Source of the DNA: an uncultured Bacteroidales bacterium
GTDB taxonomy: Bacteria > Bacteroidota > Bacteroidia > Bacteroidales > UBA12077
DNA length: 64,000 nt
Direction: 5' to 3'
NCBI GenBank assembly: GCA_964450375.1
Contig: CAYVEW010000003.1
Coordinates: forward strand, 935-64,934
Shown here one piece after another: positions 57,032-64,000 of the stretch. Below the pieces are notes generated by a model. The model made no database searches and was not told where the DNA came from. It saw nothing but the letters and a program-made list of their open reading frames with translations. The position numbers and the translations under genes were made by a program. Each line of letters opens with the position of its first letter. Positions within the stretch are counted from its first letter, which is position 1.

Positions 57032-58879
57032 TTAGTTAAAACGCTTTTCCAGCTCATCTGTTTGAATGATACTTACAATTAGTTTGCCAAAAGGTGAATG
57101 ATTCGGATTCTGGCAGGCAAATAACAAATCGACCATTTCGCGCATTTCTTCGGTCGATAAAATATGATTACTACTTATGGCCGATGCTTTTGCCATTGCT
57201 TTGGCAATCTTTTCTTTAATTTCTTTTTTAACATCTATTTCGCCATGCATTAGTTCATTTAAAAACTTATCGAGAATTTGCTCGGGCTCCTGATTACTGG
57301 AATCAACAGGCATTCCGTTCACAATAACCGAATTCCCCCCAAAATCTTCAATGTCGAATCCTAACATTTTTAAATCTGCATTTATTTCCACAATTAAGGC
57401 ATGATCTTTTGCATCCAGCTCTATGGTTTTTGGGTAAAGTGACTTTTGTGTCGGAATGGACTCTGAACTTAGGTTGTTTAAAAATTTCTCGAATAAGATC
57501 CGTTCATGTGCTCTTTTCTGGTCAATAATCATTAATCCTGATTTAACAGGCGTTAAAATATATTTGTTTTTAAATTGAAAATATCTTTCACTTAAATCAT
57601 TATTAGAAATGCTTTGCTGATTATTTATCGATGAGATGAAAGAGAAATCATCGCTTGAATTTTTTTCCTTTTCAAAACCAGAATATAACTGCTCCCAGTT
57701 TGCCATGTTTTCTTTTTCGAGTGATAGGGCAGAGCTTTTTGGGTTTCCCGGGCGTGGCACAGATTTTCGTTCTTCAAAAGGATTATAGCTGGGATCGATT
57801 TCTACCTGAGGCATTTTAAAGTCTGTATTTTTCGATAAAACCGGAATGTCGAATCCTTGTTCCTGGTCGAAATCCAACGATGGTACGATGTTGTTTTTAC
57901 CTAGCGATTGTTTTACTGCCGCATGTAAAATCTGCCAGATTGCCTGTTGATCTTCAAATTTTATTTCAGTTTTGGTAGGATGTATATTTACATCAATCGT
58001 TGAGGGGTCGGCATTGAGATATAAAAAGTACGACGGAACAGTTTCTGGGGGGAGAATTTGTTCGTAAGCATTTAATACTGCTTTATTAAAATATGCACTT
58101 CGCATAAACCGATTATTTATGAAGAAATATTGCTCGCCCGATTTTTTGCGTGCATATTCAGGCTTGCCAATAAATCCACCAATAGATATTATACTGGTGT
58201 TGCTTTCGATAGTAATTAGGTTCTGATTTATACGCTTTCCGAAAACCGACACAATTCGCTGACGAATATTGGTTCTGGGTAATATGTACACTTCCGAATT
58301 GTTATGATACAATTTAAATTCAATTTCGGGATACGCTAAAACAATGCGTTGAAATTCCGTAACAATATGCCCAAACTCGGTAGTGTTCGATTTTAAGAAT
58401 TTTCGTCGGGCGGGCACATTAAAAAACAGATTTTTAATGGCAAAATTGGTTCCTACAGCACAGCTGGTCGGTTCCTGACTTTTTACCTGCGAACCTTCAA
58501 TTAATATTTGAGTTCCAAGTTCATTATCCGACATTCGCGATTTTAATTCCACATGTGCAATGGCAGCAATCGAAGCCAAAGCTTCGCCACGAAAACCCAT
58601 GGTGTGTATGGCAAACAGATCATCGGCATTTTTAATTTTTGATGTTGCATGGCGCTCGAAGGCCAGTCGGGCATCTGTATCCGACATGCCGGTTCCGTTA
58701 TCAATTACCTGAATTAAAGTGCGTCCTGCATCTTTAATATTTACTGTAATGGAATCGGCGTTTGCATCTACTGCATTTTCAACCAGTTCTTTAACTACCG
58801 AAGCCGGACGTTGAATAACTTCTCCTGCAGCAATTTGATTGGCCACCGAATCGGGTAACAATTGAATTATATCTGCCAT
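57032..58879 (-). CDS. mutL: DNA mismatch repair protein MutL
   Basis: 615 aa. IAAGEVIQRPASVVKELVENAVDA, DNGTGM, GFRGEAL, and the C-terminal dimerisation domain. Confidence 0.95.
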   Translation of the reverse strand: MADIIQLLPDSVANQIAAGEVIQRPASVVKELVENAVDANADSITVNIKDAGRTLIQVIDNGTGMSDTDARLAFERHATSKIKNADDLFAIHTMGFRGEALASIAAIAHVELKSRMSDNELGTQILIEGSQVKSQEPTSCAVGTNFAIKNLFFNVPARRKFLKSNTTEFGHIVTEFQRIVLAYPEIEFKLYHNNSEVYILPRTNIRQRIVSVFGKRINQNLITIESNTSIISIGGFIGKPEYARKKSGEQYFFINNRFMRSAYFNKAVLNAYEQILPPETVPSYFLYLNADPSTIDVNIHPTKTEIKFEDQQAIWQILHAAVKQSLGKNNIVPSLDFDQEQGFDIPVLSKNTDFKMPQVEIDPSYNPFEERKSVPRPGNPKSSALSLEKENMANWEQLYSGFEKEKNSSDDFSFISSINNQQSISNNDLSERYFQFKNKYILTPVKSGLMIIDQKRAHERILFEKFLNNLSSESIPTQKSLYPKTIELDAKDHALIVEINADLKMLGFDIEDFGGNSVIVNGMPVDSSNQEPEQILDKFLNELMHGEIDVKKEIKEKIAKAMAKASAISSNHILSTEEMREMVDLLFACQNPNHSPFGKLIVSIIQTDELEKRFN

Positions 58880-58891
58880 GTACTCGCTATT

Positions 58892-59176
58892 TTAAAAATA
58901 AAGTAGAAAGTAAACCATTAAAAGCAAAATAGCCAGTATGATAATTAAACGGATGGTCGATTTCTTCTTCTGTTGTTGCGTTTTTTTGAAAAATCCGCGC
59001 ATTTCTCCCTTTCTTATTTTTGAAACATAGGGTTTATTCGGATCGCCATCATCGATTCCCATTTCCTGTTTAATTTGTGCTACTCTTTTGTCTAGTTCTT
59101 CTTTACTTTCATCATAATAACGTGTGGTAAATTTGAAACTTTTGTTTTTGGGTGTATGAAAAAAACGTACTGCCAT
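58892..59176 (-). CDS. Small basic protein with a C-terminal TM helix, unknown function
   Basis: 94 aa. Sits 12 bp upstream of mutL on the same strand. C-terminal IRLIIILAILLLMVYFLLYF. Confidence 0.5.
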   Translation of the reverse strand: MAVRFFHTPKNKSFKFTTRYYDESKEELDKRVAQIKQEMGIDDGDPNKPYVSKIRKGEMRGFFKKTQQQKKKSTIRLIIILAILLLMVYFLLYF

Positions 59177-59371
59177 GCTTTATTTAGATTTTATTTTACA
59201 AAGTTATCTAATATTTTCTCATTAAATAAATTTTACAAAATCAATCCATCGAAACACAGCTAATTTATCATAATTACAAACATTTTTTTATGAGTAAGTG
59301 TCTTTTTGTTATATATTTGCATGCTTAAATGTTCTGTGAGTTTATCTGAAATAAAATAATACAATTAAATG

Positions 59372-59402
59372 TTTGTTAATCAGATAAACTTTTATATTTT
59401 TG
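59372..59402 (+). promoter_or_regulatory. Bacteroidota-type promoter for rplU-rpmA
   Basis: TTTG (59372-59375), 19-nt spacer, TATTTTTG (59395-59402). A second exact -7 box, TATATTTG, lies at 59312-59319 without a good -33. Confidence 0.5.
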
Positions 59403-59441
59403 CATTCCCAAATTAGTATATAACTGTTAAATTATAATTAG

Positions 59442-59756
59442 ATGTACGCAATTGTAGAGATAGCAGGCCAACAGTTTAAAGTTGAGAAAGACAGTAAAAT
59501 CTTTGTTCATCGTTTAGATGCAGAAGAAGGAGCTACTGTTGAATTCGAAAACGTACTGTTGATCGATAACGACGGTAAGGTATCAGTTGGAAAACCTCAC
59601 GTGAAGTCTGCAAAAATTTCCGCTAAAGTAATGGCTCACCAAAAAGGTGACAAGGTTCTTGTTTTCAAGAAAAAGAGAAGAAAAGGGTATAAAAAACTGA
59701 ACGGACACCGTCAGCAATTTACTCAAATTCAGATTGAAGAAATTAGTATTGCTTAA
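59442..59756 (+). CDS. rplU: 50S ribosomal protein L21
   Basis: 104 aa. [17 protein letters not shown] and GHRQQFT. Confidence 0.95.
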   Translation: MYAIVEIAGQQFKVEKDSKIFVHRLDAEEGATVEFENVLLIDNDGKVSVGKPHVKSAKISAKVMAHQKGDKVLVFKKKRRKGYKKLNGHRQQFTQIQIEEISIA

Positions 59757-59774
59757 TTAAAAAATATTTAGAAA

Positions 59775-60035
59775 ATGGCACATAAGAAAGGAGCTGGTAG
59801 TTCACGTAACGGTCGCGAATCAGAAAGTAAACGATTAGGCGTTAAACTATATGGCGGACAAGCTGCCAAAGCAGGTAATATTATTGTTCGTCAAAGAGGA
59901 ACAAAACACAATCCTGGCGAAAATGTGGGAATGGGTAAAGACCACACATTATTTGCTTTGATCGATGGTAAAATTGAATTCAGAAAAAAACAAGGTGACA
60001 AATCGTTTGTATCGGTTGTTCCTTTCGAAGAATAA
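59775..60035 (+). CDS. rpmA: 50S ribosomal protein L27
   Basis: 86 aa. [24 protein letters not shown] and IIVRQRGTK. Confidence 0.96.
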   Translation: MAHKKGAGSSRNGRESESKRLGVKLYGGQAAKAGNIIVRQRGTKHNPGENVGMGKDHTLFALIDGKIEFRKKQGDKSFVSVVPFEE

Positions 60036-60060
60036 AAGAATTTTACGTAACTTTGAATCT

Positions 60061-60104
60061 CCTAAGTTTACTGTAAATAGTAAATTCAGGGGATTTTTTA
60101 TTTT
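60061..60104 (+). terminator. Rho-independent terminator after rpmA
   Basis: 12-bp stem (one mismatch, one G-U) CCTAAGTTTACT/AGTAAATTCAGG, 6-nt loop, then TTTTTTATTTT. Confidence 0.55.
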
Positions 60105-60126
60105 ATAACCATTCATTTGTTTTAAT

Positions 60127-61401
60127 ATGCTAACCTTAAAATTTATTCAGGATAACAAAGAGCTTGTAATTGAACGATTAAAAATTAAAAATTTTCAAGC
60201 CGAAGAGATCGTAAATCAAATACTTGAACTGGATCAGAAGCGTCGTTCGACCCAAAGTAGCATGGATAATAACCAGGCTGAGCTAAACAAAATGTCGAAG
60301 GAAATAGGAATGCTTTTCAAATCGGGGAAAGCAGATGAAGCGAATCAACTTAAAGAAAAAAATACTGAGTTAAAGGATGCGGTTAAATCGCAAAACGAAG
60401 AGTTAGCCTTAACAGAAAAGCAATTAAATGATTTGTTGGTTCAGATACCTAACCTGCCGCACAGTTCGGTTCCAGTGGGGAAGGGAGCGGAAGATAATCA
60501 GGAAATACGTTCAGGTGGCATAATGCCGAATTTACATGAAGGAGCAATGGCTCATTGGGATTTAGCTAAAAAATATGATATTATCGATTTTGAACTGGGT
60601 AATAAATTAACTGGCAGCGGATTCCCTGTATATAAAGGTAAAGGAGCAAAATTGCAGCGTGCCTTAATTTCTTATTTTCTGGACAAAGCAACTGAAGCGG
60701 GATATGCAGAAGTAATGCCGCCGCTTATGGTAAACGAAGATTCTGGTTTTGGAACAGGCCAGCTGCCCGACAAAGAAGGCCAGATGTATCATGTAACTGC
60801 CGATAATTTGTATTTGATCCCCACTGCCGAAGTTCCGGTTACAAATATTTTTCGTGATGTGATTTTATCTGCCAAAGAATTTCCGGTGAAAATGACCGCC
60901 TACACACCTTGCTTCCGACGTGAAGCAGGATCGTATGGTAAAGATGTGCGTGGTTTAAATCGTTTACATCAATTCGATAAGGTGGAAATCGTTCAGGTAC
61001 AACATCCCGAAAAATCATATGAAACGCTTGAAGAAATGGTAAGTCACGTAGAAACCTTAGTGAAATCATTGAATTTGCCGTATCGTGTTTTACGACTCTG
61101 TGGTGGCGATATGAGTTTTACTTCTGCTTTAACCTATGATTTTGAAGTGTTTTCTAAAGCACAGGAAAAATGGCTCGAAGTGAGTTCTGTTTCGAACTTT
61201 GAGTCATATCAGGCAAACAGGTTAAAGTTAAGATATAAAGACGAAGGTGAAAAGAAGGCACAGCTTGCCCATACTTTAAATGGCAGCGCTTTGGCTTTAC
61301 CCCGAATATTAGCGGCTTTATTAGAAAATAATCAAACCGAAAAAGGAATTGTTATTCCTGAAGTATTGCGCCCGTATACCGGGTTTGATCTGATTGATTA
61401 A
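60127..61401 (+). CDS. serS: Serine--tRNA ligase
   Basis: 424 aa with an N-terminal coiled-coil arm and class II motifs (FRREAGS, GSALA.PR). Confidence 0.96.
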   Translation: MLTLKFIQDNKELVIERLKIKNFQAEEIVNQILELDQKRRSTQSSMDNNQAELNKMSKEIGMLFKSGKADEANQLKEKNTELKDAVKSQNEELALTEKQLNDLLVQIPNLPHSSVPVGKGAEDNQEIRSGGIMPNLHEGAMAHWDLAKKYDIIDFELGNKLTGSGFPVYKGKGAKLQRALISYFLDKATEAGYAEVMPPLMVNEDSGFGTGQLPDKEGQMYHVTADNLYLIPTAEVPVTNIFRDVILSAKEFPVKMTAYTPCFRREAGSYGKDVRGLNRLHQFDKVEIVQVQHPEKSYETLEEMVSHVETLVKSLNLPYRVLRLCGGDMSFTSALTYDFEVFSKAQEKWLEVSSVSNFESYQANRLKLRYKDEGEKKAQLAHTLNGSALALPRILAALLENNQTEKGIVIPEVLRPYTGFDLID

Positions 61402-61426
61402 AACGATAAGGCTTTAAAATACTGAA

Positions 61427-61455
61427 AGAGTGCTTTGCCAAGTGCTCTTTTTTTA
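61427..61455 (+). terminator. Rho-independent terminator after serS
   Basis: AGAGTGCT/AGTGCTCT stem (two G-U pairs), 6-nt loop, T7 run. Confidence 0.6.
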
Positions 61456-61500
61456 TGTTGATTTATTTTGTAATATTAGGCAAAAATTGGATGGTATTGC

Positions 61501-61998
61501 ATGAGGATTAAGTGGTTCATAATTATAATGTTGATCGTTTTTTCGGCCTGTAAAAAGAATGATCGGATCGATACGGGCTATGTAAACGAACAATTGCGCT
61601 TAACGGATAGTTTAAATGGTGTTTTAGTGCACCGGTACGAAAGCACATTAAATGGTATTTATAAACTGACCGAAGATAGCGTGCTAGCAGACTCTATTTC
61701 ACAACTGGTTGAATTGCCTGATACATTCCTGTTCTATGAATTTTTGCAATACAATATATCGAAACTGGAGAATGTCCATTACATAACACAACAAGAAATT
61801 TATTTTGTACAAGAGCAGCTAAACGGATTAAAGGAAGAAGTGGAGGAAAAACAAATATCATCGGTTCAGTATGAACTGGAAATTGAATCGCAAAAAGCGA
61901 TGCTTGCTTTTTTAATTGAGTTAATCGATTCTTCTTTGATTGAAATAAGGCAAATACAAAATAAACTGCTAATAACCAACGATTCTATTCCACAATGA
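61501..61998 (+). CDS. Lipoprotein, unknown function, helical
   Basis: 165 aa with lipobox IVFSAC. Overlaps the next gene by 4 nt (ATGA). Confidence 0.6.
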   Translation: MRIKWFIIIMLIVFSACKKNDRIDTGYVNEQLRLTDSLNGVLVHRYESTLNGIYKLTEDSVLADSISQLVELPDTFLFYEFLQYNISKLENVHYITQQEIYFVQEQLNGLKEEVEEKQISSVQYELEIESQKAMLAFLIELIDSSLIEIRQIQNKLLITNDSIPQ

Positions 61999-62885
61999 CA
62001 AATCAGCAAAAAGCATATTTCTTTGCCGGCCTAACCATTTTGTTTTGGGCAACCTCTGCTTCGGCATTTAAAATAGGATTAAAACACATCGATTCGTATC
62101 AATTACTATTTGTTGCCACGGCTACTGCTATCGTTGTTTTGTTTGGGGTGTTATTGTTTCAAAGAAAATTACATATACTTAAAACCTTATCAAAAAAGGA
62201 TTATGCACATTCTGTTTTGCTGGGTTTCTTAAATCCGTTTCTTTATTATACCGTTCTTTTTATAGCTTACTCATTGTTGCCGGCACAAGTAGCACAACCA
62301 CTGAATTTTGTGTGGCCAATTATGCTTGTTCTCTTATCGGTGTTTATTTTAAAACAAAAAATAAAACTCATAAGCTTTGTTGCACTTTTTATTAGTTTCC
62401 TTGGAGTAATTCTTATTTCGTCGGAAGGTAATATAGTGAACATGAGATTTTCTAATCCGGCAGGTGTATTTCTTGCCTTAGGCAGCTCTGTGGTTTGGGC
62501 TTTATTTTGGTTGTACAATGTAAAAGATCAGCGCGATGCCGTAATCAAATTGTTTTTGAATTTTTTATTCGCTTTTGTTTTTGTTACCATCATAACCATT
62601 ATGTTTTCAACGATTAAAATTTATTGTGTAAAAGGAATTTTATCAGGAATTTATATCGGAATATTCGAAATGGGCATAACTTTTGTATTGTGGTTAAAAG
62701 CCTTAAAATTATCAGAACGGACAGATAAATTGGGTAACTTAATATATCTTACGCCTTTTTGCTCGTTGATATTTATAAGTTTAATTTTAGGAGAAAAAAT
62801 ATTTATTACTACCATCATTGGTTTAATTTTAATCGTAACAAGCATTGTTTTTCAGCAGTATGGCAACAAAAAAAGCAGTAATTAA
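61995..62885 (+). CDS. DMT-superfamily (EamA) transporter
   Basis: 296 aa with ten predicted TM helices and duplicated EamA halves. Confidence 0.85.
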   Translation: MTNQQKAYFFAGLTILFWATSASAFKIGLKHIDSYQLLFVATATAIVVLFGVLLFQRKLHILKTLSKKDYAHSVLLGFLNPFLYYTVLFIAYSLLPAQVAQPLNFVWPIMLVLLSVFILKQKIKLISFVALFISFLGVILISSEGNIVNMRFSNPAGVFLALGSSVVWALFWLYNVKDQRDAVIKLFLNFLFAFVFVTIITIMFSTIKIYCVKGILSGIYIGIFEMGITFVLWLKALKLSERTDKLGNLIYLTPFCSLIFISLILGEKIFITTIIGLILIVTSIVFQQYGNKKSSN

Positions 62886-62958
62886 TTTACAGGTTTATGC
62901 AGCATTAGCAGGTGCGAAAATAATTATAAGATGATCAATAAATCAAAAATATAAAAAG

Positions 62959-64000
62959 ATGAGAAGGATTTTTAACAGATTTTACGTTTTGGTTGTTATT
63001 GCCATAGGCGTAATGTTTTTATCTTCATGCGAAAAGGAAAAGATATTTCCCTACCGATATGAAAACACGGTAGAAGAACTATATTCGTATATGGATGAGC
63101 TCTATTTTTGGATTGACTCCATTGCGGATGTTAATCCCAATAATTATTCAGATCCGGTCGACTTACTCGAAGCTATGCGTTACGAACCTCGCGATAAATG
63201 GAGTTATATTACCACTAAGGAAGAAAACGATCAGTACTACGAAGAAGGCACCTACGAAGGTTACGGATATGGTTATGCTCCCGATTCGGATGGTAATATT
63301 CGAATTACTTATTTGTACGAAAGCTCCGATTTAAAAACATTGGGAATTGAACGTGGTTGGAAAATAAAAAGCATTAATAATATTACCATAAACGAGAGTT
63401 CGGATATGGGAGAGCTGTTGGCATCTAATACCAATTTGTTCGAATTCGAGTCGCCATTAGGTGATATTGTTACTCAAACACTAACAAAAAAGTTGATTAC
63501 CATTAATACTGTGGTTTATAAAGATGTGATAACAAATGGAGACAGAAAGATAGGTTACTTTGTTTTCGAAAGTTTTATTGGTCCTTCGGAGCAGGAATTA
63601 AACGATTTATTCGCTGATTTTAGATCAGAAAACATTAACGAACTGGTAATTGATTTACGATATAATGGAGGAGGCATGATTTCGATTGTTGAGCAGTTGG
63701 CCGGGCTAATTGTTCCGGCTAGTTTGAATAACCAGAAATTTTTGTCATACATACACAATCCCTATCTAGATGACTGGAACGAAGATCTATATTTCAAAGT
63801 AAGTACTAATACATTAGGTCTTAACAGGGTTTATTTTATTGCGGGTAAAGGATCGGCATCGGCCAGCGAAGCAATTATTAATGGCCTGGAACCATATATG
63901 GATGTTTACATTGTTGGCGATGATACGTATGGTAAACCTGTTGGTATGTATTCTATCGAAAGTCGAATAAGTAATTTGGTATATGTTCCAATCGCTTTTA
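62959..64000 (+). CDS. S41-family (C-terminal processing / tail-specific-like) peptidase lipoprotein; 3' end lies outside the window
   Basis: Absent from the ORF track because no stop occurs before the window end. I translated frame 1 from ATG 62959 and it stays open for 347 codons. Lipobox MFLSSC, DLRYNGGG, GSASASEAIINGL (Ser nucleophile region), GDDTYGKPVG. Confidence 0.8.
   Translation, partial: MRRIFNRFYVLVVIAIGVMFLSSCEKEKIFPYRYENTVEELYSYMDELYFWIDSIADVNPNNYSDPVDLLEAMRYEPRDKWSYITTKEENDQYYEEGTYEGYGYGYAPDSDGNIRITYLYESSDLKTLGIERGWKIKSINNITINESSDMGELLASNTNLFEFESPLGDIVTQTLTKKLITINTVVYKDVITNGDRKIGYFVFESFIGPSEQELNDLFADFRSENINELVIDLRYNGGGMISIVEQLAGLIVPASLNNQKFLSYIHNPYLDDWNEDLYFKVSTNTLGLNRVYFIAGKGSASASEAIINGLEPYMDVYIVGDDTYGKPVGMYSIESRISNLVYVPIAF

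Noticed and set aside
1-64000. Looked for CRISPR arrays, tRNA, rRNA or tmRNA genes, IS elements, integrases, phage or conjugation genes and toxin-antitoxin pairs.
   Set aside because: No regularly spaced direct repeats, no tRNA-like T-arm (GGTTCGAATCC-type) in any intergenic region, and no transposase or integrase motifs in any ORF. The window appears to be core chromosome.

Overview
Dense 64-kb chromosomal window from an AT-rich Bacteroidota genome. The phylum call rests on T9SS C-terminal sorting domains on two secreted proteins, several exact TTTG-N19/20-TAnnTTTG promoters and no Shine-Dalgarno sites. I support about 56 CDS, two of them cut by the window edges; one of these is absent from the ORF track and the other appears there only as its last 86 aa. 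Most are housekeeping genes: purD, purQ, class I and class II fumarases, sppA, folK, upp, radC, trxA, dnaE, rpsP, rimM, tsaC, dapD, mutL, rplU, rpmA and serS. I found no rRNA, tRNA, CRISPR array, transposase, integrase or phage genes. The most unusual content is a co-directional minus-strand gene string (3334..14568). It encodes two CheR methyltransferases, a receiver-less CheB methylesterase, a TM-GAF protein, a large HAMP-like/GAF/PAS/PP2C sensor phosphatase, and a SiaB-like kinase with a SiaC-like (DUF1987) phosphoprotein. These are followed by a 1021-aa TerB-like/ABC-ATPase/ABC-2 permease fusion and two secreted proteins. No CheA, CheW, MCP, CheY or GGDEF protein is present in the window. 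I read this as a possible hybrid of a chemotaxis-type methylation module and a Ser/Thr partner switch, perhaps controlling an exporter; that reading is inference. Other points worth a second look:
- a ~370-nt purD leader with two paralogous long-range helices that differ by compensatory substitutions
- a chromosomal Tet(M/O/Q)-like ribosomal-protection GTPase homolog
- a DnaE with an N-terminal DEDDh exonuclease fusion
- a 1614-aa modular beta-helix T9SS cargo protein
- a LicC/TagF/LicD/pyruvyl-transferase glycan-decoration cluster
All calls come from reading motifs by eye. No searches were run.
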